A DNA stretch of 64,000 nucleotides from Dehalococcoidia bacterium (GCA_965204865.1 OZ242027.1:3011986-3075985); one strand, 5' to 3'; positions 18,593-28,763 are shown, counted from the stretch's first letter. A program made the numbers and translations. Notes: a model not told the origin generated them from the sequence alone.

Positions 18593-19576
18593 CTAGACGG
18601 AGGTGCAGGCAATGGCCTTGACGTTGGCGGCCATCCCCGGAAGGTCGTGGCCCTGCCAGGTGGCCCCGCCGTCGTGGGTGCCGAACACCTGCCCCTTGCG
18701 GGTGCAGAAGTAGACCGTCTGCGGGTCGCGCTCGTTGACCGCGATACCGAAGGTGGTGCTGGCTGGCTCCACGCCCTGGTCGAACCGGCTCCAGGTCTCG
18801 CCGGCGTCGGTGGAGCGCAGCACGCCGCCCTCCTCGCTGCCGAAGTTCAGGCCCACGCAGGCGTAGAGGGTGCTGGGGTCGTTGGGCGCGACCTCAACGC
18901 CGCGGGAGTAGCGGATGTTGGAGAAGTTCTCGAACTGGAGGTCGTCCCAGCTCTGCCCCCGGTCGCGGGTGCGCCAGACGCCGGTGCGGTTGGAGATGAA
19001 CACCTGCTCGCTGGCTCCCACGGTGACGCCGTGCAGGTCCATCAGGTCAACGTCGCCGTCGAAGACGCTGTTGACGATGGTCCAGGTCTTGCCGCCATCG
19101 GAGCTGTGGGCGGCTCCGCCCACTTCTAGTGCCGCGTACATCTGGTTGGTGTCGCTGCTCTCGATGCCGATGCCCAGGATGCGCGTAGCGAAGGCCATCT
19201 GCACGGCGTCGGGGTTGGCGACGGTGGACACGTACTCCCACTTCTCGCCGCTGTCGGTGCTCTTGAAGATCTCGGCGCCCTCGGTGCCGGCGAACATGAT
19301 GTTGGGGTCATGAGGATGGAACTTGATGGACCAGACGATGCGGCCCTCGGTCATGTTCATGCGCTCAAAGCTGTCACCGCCATCCTTGGAGCGGTAGATG
19401 CCGCGCTGGGTGCCCACGAAGATGGTCTGTGAGTCGTTGGGATGCACCACAATCTCGCGCACCTGCGGGGAGGGCGGCATACCCTTGGCCAGCTTTTCCC
19501 ATCGGGTATCGTTGGCTTCCTTGCGGTACAGCCCGTCGGCCTCGGCGCCGACGTAAATCAAAGTCCTGCCTGCCAT
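18593..19576 (-). CDS. BNR/Ycf48-like beta-propeller protein
   Basis: Repeated S.DGG.TW motifs (SKDGGDSFE, STDSGEKWE, SSDGGKTWT, TRDRGQSWD, STDAGETWS, THDGGATWQ). ATG 19576 has a strong SD, GGAGGAG. Confidence 0.75.
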   Translation of the reverse strand: MAGRTLIYVGAEADGLYRKEANDTRWEKLAKGMPPSPQVREIVVHPNDSQTIFVGTQRGIYRSKDGGDSFERMNMTEGRIVWSIKFHPHDPNIMFAGTEGAEIFKSTDSGEKWEYVSTVANPDAVQMAFATRILGIGIESSDTNQMYAALEVGGAAHSSDGGKTWTIVNSVFDGDVDLMDLHGVTVGASEQVFISNRTGVWRTRDRGQSWDDLQFENFSNIRYSRGVEVAPNDPSTLYACVGLNFGSEEGGVLRSTDAGETWSRFDQGVEPASTTFGIAVNERDPQTVYFCTRKGQVFGTHDGGATWQGHDLPGMAANVKAIACTSV

Positions 19577-19680
19577 AACGCTCTCCTCCATACCTGTCAT
19601 TCTGTCTGGTTATGTCCCAATTTCAGCAGACACGCCTGTTATTGTCAATTCCAGGCTGACTTACGCAACAAACTCATGCT

Positions 19681-19716
19681 CCCTCTCCCTCAAGGAAGAG
19701 GGTTAGGCTGAGGGTG
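19681..19716. repeat. Module B repeat
   Basis: CCCTCTCCCTCAAGGAAGAGGGTTAGGCTGAGGGTG. Confidence 0.85.
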
Positions 19717-19749
19717 AAATCGTTCAGAACAACGGCCCTTGACGAAGTT

Positions 19750-20436
19750 TCACCCCTCCCGCGCCAGCGTCAGCGCGTGAACCCTGACCGCTCCGGCGGC
19801 TTTCAGAGCCGTCGCGCACTCCGACAACGTGCTGCCGGTGGTCGCCACGTCGTCAATCAGCAGCGCGGTCAAGCCAGTAGCGTCGGCCCGGCACTCGAAG
19901 TCGTTGGCCACGTTCTCGCGCCGCTCCTGCTGTGATTGCGTTTCCACCTGTGGACGGGGATTCCTGACGCGGATGAGCAGGTCTTCCCGCACCGGCAGGT
20001 TCAAGCGCTTGCCAATCTCGCGGGCGAGCAGCGCCGACTGGTTGTAGCCCCGGCTGCGCAGGCGTCGTGGGTGGAGCGGCGCGGGAACCAGCACGTCCGC
20101 AGGTGCTGGGTTGCGCCCCAGATATTCCGCCATCAAGCCGGCCAGCGGCCCGGCCGCCGCTCGCTCGCCCTTGTACTTCAGCCGGTGTGTCGCATCCCGC
20201 ACCGGCCCATCGAAGAGGAAGGGCGAGCGCAACCAGTCGAAGCCCCGCGGGGACTGGCTGCACCAGTGGCAGAGGCCGCCGACGCCAGGGGCGGCACAGA
20301 CACGGCAGTAGGGCTGAGTCAGCTTGTCCAGCCCGTCAACGCACCTGGCGCAGACGACGCCGCCCTCACGCCCGCAGCCGGCGCAGTGGATGGGGAACAC
20401 GAGGTCAAGGGCAGAACAGACGAGCTTGGACAGCAA
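19750..20436 (-). CDS. comF: ComF-family phosphoribosyltransferase
   Basis: N-terminal Cys-rich zinc ribbon (FPIHCAGCG...CARC) and C-terminal PRTase motif LLIDDVATTGSTL. TTG start. Confidence 0.75.
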   Translation of the reverse strand: MLSKLVCSALDLVFPIHCAGCGREGGVVCARCVDGLDKLTQPYCRVCAAPGVGGLCHWCSQSPRGFDWLRSPFLFDGPVRDATHRLKYKGERAAAGPLAGLMAEYLGRNPAPADVLVPAPLHPRRLRSRGYNQSALLAREIGKRLNLPVREDLLIRVRNPRPQVETQSQQERRENVANDFECRADATGLTALLIDDVATTGSTLSECATALKAAGAVRVHALTLAREG

Positions 20437-20477
20437 GGTGGTTACGCCCTCACCCCTTCGACAGGCTCAGGACAGGC

Positions 20478-20990
20478 CTAACCTTCCCCCGGAAGGAGAG
20501 AGAATTTGGCTTGCCAGCGGGCCAGAATCTCGGTGTCGCGGCTGAAGGCCAGTTCCGGCGGCGCGTCGGGCGGGAAGAACGCAGCTTCCAGGGCCTCCGG
20601 CCCCGGGGCCAGCTCACCCCCAGTCTCTCGAGCAGTGAAGGCGGCTACGATAACTGGGTCGCCGGGGAGGGAGAACAGCCCGAGCAAGCCTTCTACCGTC
20701 ACTTCCAGGCCAGTTTCCTCCCAAGCCTCACGGGCTGCTGCCGACTCCACCACCTCACCCCGGTCTACGAACCCGCCCGGCAGGCTCCAGAGACCATAGC
20801 CCGAATCGGTGCCGCGCCGGATCATCAGCACCTTGCCGTCGCGCTCCACAACACAGACAGCCGCAACCTTCGGGTCGTAGAACACAACTCGCCCGCACTT
20901 TGGGCAGACGGGCCGCTCCACGCCGAAGACCTTCCGCCGCTCCAACGGTGTGGCGCAGGATGAACAGTATTTGTCGGGTGACGTAGTCAA
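20478..20990 (-). CDS. NUDIX hydrolase with an N-terminal zinc ribbon
   Basis: TTG 20990 follows AAGGAAAAG. CSSC...CPKC ribbon. Nudix box GGFVDRGEVVESAAAREAWEETGL. The listed upstream extension runs through a repeat element. Confidence 0.75.
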   Translation of the reverse strand: MTTSPDKYCSSCATPLERRKVFGVERPVCPKCGRVVFYDPKVAAVCVVERDGKVLMIRRGTDSGYGLWSLPGGFVDRGEVVESAAAREAWEETGLEVTVEGLLGLFSLPGDPVIVAAFTARETGGELAPGPEALEAAFFPPDAPPELAFSRDTEILARWQAKFSLLPGEG

Positions 20991-21010
20991 TCTTTTCCTT
21001 GGCCTTTCAT

Positions 21011-21047
21011 CCTCACCCCAACCCTCTCCCTTGAAGGAGAGGGGGTT
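21011..21047. repeat. Module B repeat (reverse orientation)
   Basis: CCTCACCCCAACCCTCTCCCTTGAAGGAGAGGGGGTT. Confidence 0.85.
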
Positions 21048-21119
21048 TTCCCTTAGGGCCGTAGCTATAATGATGTTTGCTATGTCTGACTTCGAGAAAT
21101 CCGCCGCCGCGAGCCGGAT

Positions 21120-21701
21120 ATGAAGCTGCCCAGCTGGCTGGGGCACCCTTACACCCACGCAGCGGCGCTGCTGTTGTCGCTGCTGGCGGCGGTGGCGGTC
21201 GTCGCGTTCATGGTAGGCACGCTGGAGTATACCAAGATGCGGGGACGACTGCTGCTAAGCGCCCTGCTGATGGCAGGCTACTTCCTGACCACTTTGATAG
21301 CCACCGGGGCGCCGAAAGACGGGGCGATGCGCTGGCTCTTTGCCGCAATCTTCGGCTGGGCAACTTTGGCCCTGCTTCTCTTGTTGTTTGGTCTGTGGGC
21401 GACTCCCGACTCCAACGAGTTCTGGAAGTCTGCCGCCGGGATTACTTTCGTGGCGTTTGGGATGTCCTTTGCTGGGCTGGCGCTCGGCCTCGGTTCGGGC
21501 ATAAGGTCGGCCAGAATTCTGGCATGGCTTTCCGCAATCCTAGCGGCACTGATGACTGTGATGACCGTGCTGGGGATTGCGTTTGAAATCGGGGCCACGC
21601 CCTACTGGTGGGGCTTCGTGCTGCCGGTAATGTGTTGGTTGGGCGCAAGCGTCGCGCTCATGGCCTTGCGATTCTGGCGGAGGCGAAATGCCGACGGGTA
21701 A
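21120..21701 (+). CDS. Hypothetical integral membrane protein
   Basis: 193 aa with about six hydrophobic segments. I recognise no family. Confidence 0.5.
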   Translation: MKLPSWLGHPYTHAAALLLSLLAAVAVVAFMVGTLEYTKMRGRLLLSALLMAGYFLTTLIATGAPKDGAMRWLFAAIFGWATLALLLLLFGLWATPDSNEFWKSAAGITFVAFGMSFAGLALGLGSGIRSARILAWLSAILAALMTVMTVLGIAFEIGATPYWWGFVLPVMCWLGASVALMALRFWRRRNADG

Positions 21702-21707
21702 CTCGCC

Positions 21708-22640
21708 CTATCCCGACGCCAGCAGCGCGTCCACCGCCGCCCGCGTCGGCATCGAGTCCTGCGCCCCAGTGGTGGTTACCGCCAACGCTCCGGCGGCACA
21801 GGCGACGCGCACCGCGTCGGACATAAGCATCCCCTCGGCCAGGCAGACGGCCAGCGTGCCATTGAAGGCGTCCCCGGCGGCCACCGTGTCCACTGCACGA
21901 ACGGAGAAGGCAGGTTGAAACCCCGATGCTTCCGCCGACACGTAGAAGGCTCCCTGAGCTCCCAGCTTGACCACGGCGGCCTCGGCCCCACGGGATATTA
22001 TGGCCTCCGCCGCCCTGGCTGCCGTATCCTGGTTGTTGACTGGGAAGCCCACTATGGCTTCGGCCTCAGTCTCGTTTGGGGTAACGATGTTGCAATAGTG
22101 CAGCAGGGCAGGCGGCATGGCGCGAACGGGGCCTGGGTCCAGGATAACCGTCTTGCCTGTGCCCCGCGCCTCCCGCGCTGCGGACAGTGATACTTCCATA
22201 GGAACTTCAAGTTGCAGCATCAACGTGTGTGCGCCCAGCAGGGCTGCGGCCACGGCACTGGCCTGCTCTGCTCCGCAGGTGGAGTTTGCGCCCAACACCT
22301 GGATGATGCGGTTCTGGCCGGTACGGTCTATGCAGATGGAGGCTATGCCCGACGATTCCCCCGGCGTAACAGACACCCAGGACACGTCGATTCCCTCGGA
22401 GCGCAGACCGTCCACCAGTTGCGGGCCGAAGATGTCGTCGCCGACGCGGCCCACCATCGCCGTCCGTGCCCCCATCCTAGCCACCGCGACGGCCTGGTTG
22501 GCCCCCTTGCCGCCGGCGTAGGTGAGGAACCGGTCGCCAGCGATAGTTTCTCCGGTTCCGGGGAACCGGTCAGAGTAAGTCACCAAGTCCATGTTGATGC
22601 CGCCCAGCACCACCACCCCCGGCGCTCTGCCCAAGCTCAT
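21708..22640 (-). CDS. rbsK: Ribokinase / PfkB-family sugar kinase
   Basis: VVVLGGINMDLV and GGKGANQAVA near the N-terminus. C-terminal DTVAAGDAFNG PfkB signature. Confidence 0.8.
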   Translation of the reverse strand: MSLGRAPGVVVLGGINMDLVTYSDRFPGTGETIAGDRFLTYAGGKGANQAVAVARMGARTAMVGRVGDDIFGPQLVDGLRSEGIDVSWVSVTPGESSGIASICIDRTGQNRIIQVLGANSTCGAEQASAVAAALLGAHTLMLQLEVPMEVSLSAAREARGTGKTVILDPGPVRAMPPALLHYCNIVTPNETEAEAIVGFPVNNQDTAARAAEAIISRGAEAAVVKLGAQGAFYVSAEASGFQPAFSVRAVDTVAAGDAFNGTLAVCLAEGMLMSDAVRVACAAGALAVTTTGAQDSMPTRAAVDALLASG

Positions 22641-22715
22641 AATCCCCTCCCCTCACAGTCCATCCCAATATACGGTGAATGGACTTTCAGCCAACCCTAG
22701 CACCCTCCGCAATTG

Positions 22716-22754
22716 CCGGTCAATCACTGTGACCGGCTATCTCCGTGCTATAAT
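22716..22754 (+). promoter_or_regulatory. Extended -10 promoter (TGCTATAAT) preceded by a 7-bp inverted repeat
   Basis: CCGGTCA-N7-TGACCGG at 22716-22736. TGcTATAAT at 22746-22754, about 50 nt upstream of the CoA-transferase ATG. Confidence 0.4.
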
Positions 22755-22804
22755 CGGCGAGTTGTGAAAAGATTTACAATTACAGTTTACCGGAGAACAT
22801 AGAC

Positions 22805-23998
22805 ATGGCCGCTGCGTTGGACGACATCAAGGTTGTGGACTTGACCCGCACTCTGGCCGGCCCTTTCTGCACCATGCTGCTGGGCGACATGGGGGCCGAC
22901 GTGGTGAAGATTGAGGAGCCCTCGCTAGGAGACGAAATACGCCACTGGACCCCCTTCTGGAACGGCGAAAGCACCCAGTTCGTAACCTTCAATCGCAACA
23001 AGCGCAGCATCACCGTCAACCTCAAAGAGCCGGAGGGCGTGGAGTTGGTGCGCCAGATGGCCGCCGACGCCGACGTGATGATTGAGAGCTTCCGGGCCGG
23101 AACTCTCGAGCGCATGGGCTTGGGATACGACGACATCAGCACGGCGAACCCCGGCATCGTTTACTGCTCCATCTCCGGCTACGGACGCACCGGCCCCATG
23201 GCCGATATGCCGGGCTACGACCTGATAATCCAGGCATACAGCGGCCTGATGCACCTTACCGGCGAACCCGACGGGCTGCCGCAGCGGGTGGGATTCTCGC
23301 TGGTGGACCTCTTCACCGGGATGATGGCTTACGGGACGATATTGACGGCCCTGCGCCAGCGAGACCGCACCGGCAAGGGCCAGTGGGTTGAGGCCGCGCT
23401 CCTGGACGGGCAGGTGGCTGCCCTCAGCTATCACGCCACCCGCTACCTCGGCACTGGAGAAGACCCGGAGCGGATGGGGTCCGGACACCCCAGCCTGGTG
23501 CCGTATCAGAGCTTCGCCTCATCCGACGGCTACTTCATCGTCGGCTGCGCCAACCAGGGGCTGTGGGAAAGGATGTGCCGGGGCATCAGGCGGGATGACC
23601 TGCTGGAGGACCCCCGCTTCGTCACCAACACCGACCGGGTGGCTCACCGGGAAGAGTGCGTCGGAATCCTGATGCAAGAGTTCAAGCACAAGTCCACGGA
23701 GCATTGGGTGAAGGTCATCAATGGGGCGGGAGTGCCGTGCGGGCCGATCAACAAGGTGTCGGAGGTAGTTACCAACCCGCAGGTGCTGGCCAGGAACATG
23801 ATTGCCGAGATGGAGCACCCCAACGTCCCCAAGCTGAAGACCCCCGGCTCGCCGCTGAAGCTCACCGACTCGCCGGCCTTCATCCGCCGGCCGCCGCCCC
23901 TGCTGGGCCAACACAACGACGAAGTATTGAAGGAGCAGGGCTTCACCGCAGAACAGATTGCCGACCTGCGAGAGCGGGGGGTTATTGGCAACAACTAG
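22805..23998 (+). CDS. Type III CoA-transferase (CaiB/BaiF family)
   Basis: LDDIKVVDLTRTLAGPFCTMLLGDMGADVVKIE is the typical family N-terminus. 397 aa. Confidence 0.85.
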   Translation: MAAALDDIKVVDLTRTLAGPFCTMLLGDMGADVVKIEEPSLGDEIRHWTPFWNGESTQFVTFNRNKRSITVNLKEPEGVELVRQMAADADVMIESFRAGTLERMGLGYDDISTANPGIVYCSISGYGRTGPMADMPGYDLIIQAYSGLMHLTGEPDGLPQRVGFSLVDLFTGMMAYGTILTALRQRDRTGKGQWVEAALLDGQVAALSYHATRYLGTGEDPERMGSGHPSLVPYQSFASSDGYFIVGCANQGLWERMCRGIRRDDLLEDPRFVTNTDRVAHREECVGILMQEFKHKSTEHWVKVINGAGVPCGPINKVSEVVTNPQVLARNMIAEMEHPNVPKLKTPGSPLKLTDSPAFIRRPPPLLGQHNDEVLKEQGFTAEQIADLRERGVIGNN

Positions 23999-24050
23999 GC
24001 AAGCCAGTCCGGATAAAGGTATATCGGAAGCATTAGGAGCAGCCCTACCT

Positions 24051-24767
24051 ATGAAGAAACTCCGCCTCATCCACACGTCCGACACCCACCTAGGCGACCC
24101 TGCCGGACACCCCCGGGCCGAGGAGGTGCTGGCGTCGGTAGTGGACGTGGTGGATCGCCTGAACGCCGACGCACTGCTGCTGGCTGGCGATGTGTTCGAC
24201 AACGAGCGAGTTACCGACGATGTGGTGGAGCAGTTCGTGGCACAGATAACGCGGCTGGACGCGCCAGCCATCGTGCTGCCCGGCAACCACGACCTGGCCC
24301 ACAAGACCTCGGTGTACCGCCGCCCGCCCTTCGATGAGGCTCCGTCCAACCTGCGCGTAATTCACAACCCGGAAGGCGAAACCTTGGCCTTCCCTGACCT
24401 GAGACTGGAGCTTTGGGGCCGCGCCATGCTGTCGCACACGCCGGACTTCCGCCCGCTGGCCGGGATGCCGAAGCCGACGGAAGGGCACTGGCTGGTGGCA
24501 CTGGCCCACGGGCATTTCCACTTCGAGAACGACCGGGACCAACGCTCGTCGCCCATCTATCCCGACGACGTCGCCGCATCCAACTGCCACTACCTCGCCC
24601 TGGGTCACTGGGACCGCCATGCCGACGTATCCCGCGCCGACACCACCGCCGTATACTCCGGCTGTCCCTACGGCCCTATCGGCGCGCCGGAGCAGGGCGC
24701 GGTCTGCGTGGTGGAGCTGGACCCGGAGGAGGGGGTGAGCTACCGTCTGGAGCTGCTGGCGGGGTAG
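24051..24767 (+). CDS. Calcineurin-fold metallophosphoesterase (SbcD/Mre11-like)
   Basis: ATG 24051. Motifs DTHLG, GDVFD, GNHD, GHFH/GHWD. No SbcC-like partner is present. Confidence 0.7.
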   Translation: MKKLRLIHTSDTHLGDPAGHPRAEEVLASVVDVVDRLNADALLLAGDVFDNERVTDDVVEQFVAQITRLDAPAIVLPGNHDLAHKTSVYRRPPFDEAPSNLRVIHNPEGETLAFPDLRLELWGRAMLSHTPDFRPLAGMPKPTEGHWLVALAHGHFHFENDRDQRSSPIYPDDVAASNCHYLALGHWDRHADVSRADTTAVYSGCPYGPIGAPEQGAVCVVELDPEEGVSYRLELLAG

Positions 24768-26246
24768 CTAACGGCCTCCGCCGTTGGGCAGTATGCCTCG
24801 AATTCGCAACTGTGTAATCAAGTGCTCTTGAGTTCGGTCCCCTTTGACCGAGTTGCAGGCTTGGCAAAGCAGTTGCAGGTTGCTGTCAATGTTCTGCCCG
24901 CCGCGTGCTGTGGGGATGATGTGATCGATGGTCATGTTGCGGAAGGGAAATAGAGTCTGGCATCCGTTGCAGATTCCTTCTTGCCTGCCGTATAGGACGT
25001 GTTTTATGTCACGGGAGCGTACTGCCTCGCCGCTGTCCGTTCTCACTGGCACGTCGGTGCGATGGGTGACATTGGCCAGCATACTGGGGCGGTCACCGTT
25101 ACCAACGTGAACCTCGCGTTCCAGCCGATCTCTGACCAGCCGGAAGGCCATCTCGCTGATGTCTATCCCAATCCACTGCCGCCCCAGCTTTTCCGCTGCT
25201 ACGCAGGCCGTGGCACACCCGCAGAACGGGTCGAAAACCACATCGCCCTCAATGGATGATGCGCCAACGATACGCTCCAATAGGCGCAGCGGCTTTTGAG
25301 TGGGATAGCCCGTGCGCTCTCTGGAACGGGCTGATATGGGCCTGATGTCATCCCACAGGTTGGTAGGCACCTGTCCAGGATTGGCAGCCAAGTAGCGCTT
25401 GATTCGAGGCATCCCGTCTGATTCGGAGTACTGGATCATGTTGGCGGCGTCTAAAGCATCCAGCCTGGCGTGTACACCGGTTATTTCCGTATATCCGGGA
25501 ATCACCTGATTGCTAATCCACTCCGCGTATCTTCCTGTACGGGGCACTGCCCAATGGCGATTATTGGAGTTCGGGTCATAAGTGCGCCAAGGAAGTCCTG
25601 TTTCCCCCTGCCTAGGACCAGCCCCGGTTAAATCACCAACCTGATACTGTCCCCTTGCGTCCGAGTGCCGGTAGAAAGACTCAACGTACTCGCGGTCTAA
25701 TGGAACTCGAATTGAATCTGCGTTTATATCGCCGGTACCGTAAACGATGATGCGGTCGCATACATTACCGAAGCGCCGTGAGTCATTGTGGGCCGAGGTG
25801 CGCCGCCAAGTTATCTCAGTTTGGAACAGTGCAGCACCAAACACCGCGTCCAGTAACATTTTCAGGTAGTGGCTGGCCGTCTGATCGCAATGCAGATACA
25901 GGGTGCCGCCAGGTTTGAGTATCCGTTGCATTTCCAGCAGGCGGATAGCCATATAGGTGAGGTATGCCTTGGTGCTTCTGCTTGCGACGGTTCCAGTGGC
26001 GTTGAGCATCTCGTGGACGCCTGGATGCTCGTCCGCGATTTGGCCGATCCACGCCTCATCTAAGTCGCTCAGCGTCCAAGTATCCTTGAACGCCGCGCCC
26101 GCCGCCTCACTGCCAATGGGGGCAGCGTAGTTGGTGTTGGAATTAAAAGGCGGATCAAGATAAATGAGGTCAATGGACTCACTGTCCATTCCCCGCATAA
26201 CTTCCAGATTGTCGCGGGTGAATATGGTGCGGTTGGCGATTTGCAT
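24768..26246 (-). CDS. DNA methyltransferase (N4-C/N6-A, DPPF type) fused to a C-terminal HNH nuclease domain
   Basis: DPPF at 26145-26156 and FDPFCGCATA (SAM motif I). C-terminal CNGC...DHIIPTARGGQN..NLQLLCQACNSVKG is an HNH. More AT-rich than its flanks by eye. Confidence 0.8.
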   Translation of the reverse strand: MQIANRTIFTRDNLEVMRGMDSESIDLIYLDPPFNSNTNYAAPIGSEAAGAAFKDTWTLSDLDEAWIGQIADEHPGVHEMLNATGTVASRSTKAYLTYMAIRLLEMQRILKPGGTLYLHCDQTASHYLKMLLDAVFGAALFQTEITWRRTSAHNDSRRFGNVCDRIIVYGTGDINADSIRVPLDREYVESFYRHSDARGQYQVGDLTGAGPRQGETGLPWRTYDPNSNNRHWAVPRTGRYAEWISNQVIPGYTEITGVHARLDALDAANMIQYSESDGMPRIKRYLAANPGQVPTNLWDDIRPISARSRERTGYPTQKPLRLLERIVGASSIEGDVVFDPFCGCATACVAAEKLGRQWIGIDISEMAFRLVRDRLEREVHVGNGDRPSMLANVTHRTDVPVRTDSGEAVRSRDIKHVLYGRQEGICNGCQTLFPFRNMTIDHIIPTARGGQNIDSNLQLLCQACNSVKGDRTQEHLITQLRIRGILPNGGGR

Positions 26247-26366
26247 GGGAGTTCCATCCGGGTCGAGTTGGCTATCGGCGTCCCCACCAGCGCATTATAC
26301 TTGGGTCATAAGAAGTCGTCTTTGCCTTGCTGTCAGTCACTATCACTGTTTTTGGAGGAGACTACT

Positions 26367-27248
26367 ATGAAACGGCTCACCCGCGACCACAAGATATATG
26401 TCCTCGACCCGGCCAATCCGCCGGCCATCACTATTGATTCCGGCGAGGAGCTGACTATCGAGACGTGGGATGCCTTTGAGGGCATCCGCGATCCGCAGGC
26501 GCTGGACGAGAAGCAGCTCAAGGGCCCGGCCATTGGGCCTATCTATGTGAACGGCGCGGAGCCGGGGGATGCCCTGCGCGTGGACTTCATCAGCGTCACG
26601 CCCCGGGCCGACGAGGGAGCGGCGCACATGGTGTCGCCGGGGCGCGGGTTCCTAGAGCAGGAGTTCGACCGGGCCTATCCCACGGTGATGACCATTGCGG
26701 ACGGCCATGTGGTGCTGCCCAGCGGTATCAAATTGCCGCTGAACCCGTCCATGGGCCTGGTTGCCACCACGCCCACCTATCCGCAGCAGACGGCCAGCGA
26801 CAGCGGGCCATACGGCGGCGACATTGACATCAAGGAGCTGGTGGAGGGCAGCACGCTGTGGCTGCCGGTGTTCGTGGAGGGCGGTCTGTTGGCCATGGGC
26901 GACTGCCACGCCGTGGTGGGCGACGGCGCGGTGGGCGGCACCGGCGCCGAGTGCGCCGCTGACAGCCACATCCGCGTCACCGTCGAGAAGGGCATGGGCA
27001 TCGAATGCCCCCAAGCCATGACGCCCGACTACTTCGTGGTGCTGTACTACGGCGAAGAGCTGGGTCCGGCCATGAAGGGCGCCGTCCGCGCGATAGTTGA
27101 CTTCCTGGTGCGCGAGAAGGGCATGGAACCCTACGACGCCTACACCCTCCTGAGCCTGGCTGGCGACGTGCGGATGTCCCGCACCTTCCGCCCCATCAGC
27201 CCGGTGAAGATGATGCTGGCCCGCCAGGCGCTGGAGCAGTTGGGGTAG
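26367..27248 (+). CDS. Acetamidase/formamidase-family amidohydrolase
   Basis: ATG 26367 follows GGAGGAG. GPIYVNGAEPGD, GGDIDIKEL and GDCHAVVGDGAVGGTG patterns of the FmdA/AmdA family. Confidence 0.8.
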   Translation: MKRLTRDHKIYVLDPANPPAITIDSGEELTIETWDAFEGIRDPQALDEKQLKGPAIGPIYVNGAEPGDALRVDFISVTPRADEGAAHMVSPGRGFLEQEFDRAYPTVMTIADGHVVLPSGIKLPLNPSMGLVATTPTYPQQTASDSGPYGGDIDIKELVEGSTLWLPVFVEGGLLAMGDCHAVVGDGAVGGTGAECAADSHIRVTVEKGMGIECPQAMTPDYFVVLYYGEELGPAMKGAVRAIVDFLVREKGMEPYDAYTLLSLAGDVRMSRTFRPISPVKMMLARQALEQLG

Positions 27249-27341
27249 GAGTTGCACAAGACGAAGCGAAACCCGTCTGTCCTTCGACAAGCTCAGGATG
27301 AACGAATTTCTCTGTGTCCAGCACGTGTGAAATTCCTTTTT

Positions 27342-28763
27342 CTACCGTCGCAGCGCCGCCCGCAGCGAGTACGACTGCGGCGAAATCGCCAGCCCGAACA
27401 CCTCGTCCTCCGGCAGCGGGTTGCCGTCCGGCCTCTCGAAGCGCAGCTTGTGCAGCATCCGGGTGATGTGCAGCCAGACCGTGGTTTCGGCGAAGCGGCG
27501 GCCGGGGCAGCGGCGGTGGCCGGTGCCGAAGGGGATGTAGGCCGGGCTGGTCAGCACGGGCGACATCGAGCCGTCAGGTTGGGGCAGGAATCGCTCCGGG
27601 ATGAACTCGTCGGGCGCGTCCCAGTAACGCGGGTTGTGGTGGATGGAGTAGATGTTGCCCAGGACCTGGGTTCTCGCCGGTATCCGGTAGCCGCCGATTT
27701 CCGTGTCCTCTGAGGCCATGTGCGGCAGGCCCAACGGGCCGATGGTGCGGTAGCGCATGGACTCGGCCAGGCAGGCGAAGGTGTAAGGCAAGCGCGTCCG
27801 GTCGTCCACTGTGGGCAGGGCGTCGTGGCCGATGACGCTATCCAGTTCCTCGTGGACTCTGGCCTGAATCTCCGGGCGGTTGGCCAGCAGCAACAGGAAC
27901 CAGTTGACCGTCTGCGCCGAAGTGTCGGTGCCGGCGATGAGCAAGTCCATGCATAGGTCGCAGGTCATGTCGTTGGTGATTTCGCCTGATTCCTCTCTGG
28001 ACAGCATCACCTCCACCAGGCAGGTGGGCGCCGAAAGGTCGAGACCGGGGCGGTTGCGGGCGGCTTCCACCAGGTCGCGGATGAGGGCTCCGCCGATTTC
28101 CGCCTGCCGAACGGCTTCCTTCAAGGCATTGCTGGGCAGGAGACGCAGCCAGGGGATGTAGTCAGCCAGGTTGGTGGCGGTGGCGCTGGCGAAAATGAAG
28201 TTGATATAGTCCAGCAGCGTATCCCGTTGTTGCAGGAACTCCGCGGTGTCGTCATCTTCCCGCCCGAAGACGGAGCGGAACATCAGCAGGGAGTTGCTGC
28301 GGGCCGTCATCACCATGGGCAGAACCGGCTCGCCGGCGTCGCCGTGCCGGGCCATTTGCTCCACTAGGCTGTTCACCACCCGCTCGATGTGCTGCTCGCG
28401 GACGTTATCAATGTTGCGGGCGCTCAACAGTTCCCGGTTGGCGAAGCGCTGCATCTGCCGCCAGTGGTCGCCGTAAGGGGCCATCACCAGGTCTTTCTGC
28501 CCGCTGAGGGCGTTCATAATTTCGCTGACCCAGCGATCGGCCAGTTCGGTCTTGCCGAAGGCGTCCTGCAACATTTCCGCGTTGCTGATTATCACTGTCG
28601 GCACGCTGCCGAAGCGCATCAGGCAGATGTCGCCGTAGCGCCGGGCCAGCCGGTCGATGGCGAGGTGAGTGTCGTGGCGTATCTCCAGCAGTGAGCCGAA
28701 CACAGGCATGCCGCGCGGACCCGGAGGCAGATTTTTGGGTAGAGTGGTAGTTACGGCGCTCAT
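27342..28763 (-). CDS. Cytochrome P450
   Basis: Heme-thiolate motif FGTGHRRCPGRRFAE and the AGTDTS I-helix motif. ATG 28763 follows GAGG. The listed TTG 28799 abuts a terminator hairpin. Confidence 0.85.
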   Translation of the reverse strand: MSAVTTTLPKNLPPGPRGMPVFGSLLEIRHDTHLAIDRLARRYGDICLMRFGSVPTVIISNAEMLQDAFGKTELADRWVSEIMNALSGQKDLVMAPYGDHWRQMQRFANRELLSARNIDNVREQHIERVVNSLVEQMARHGDAGEPVLPMVMTARSNSLLMFRSVFGREDDDTAEFLQQRDTLLDYINFIFASATATNLADYIPWLRLLPSNALKEAVRQAEIGGALIRDLVEAARNRPGLDLSAPTCLVEVMLSREESGEITNDMTCDLCMDLLIAGTDTSAQTVNWFLLLLANRPEIQARVHEELDSVIGHDALPTVDDRTRLPYTFACLAESMRYRTIGPLGLPHMASEDTEIGGYRIPARTQVLGNIYSIHHNPRYWDAPDEFIPERFLPQPDGSMSPVLTSPAYIPFGTGHRRCPGRRFAETTVWLHITRMLHKLRFERPDGNPLPEDEVFGLAISPQSYSLRAALRR

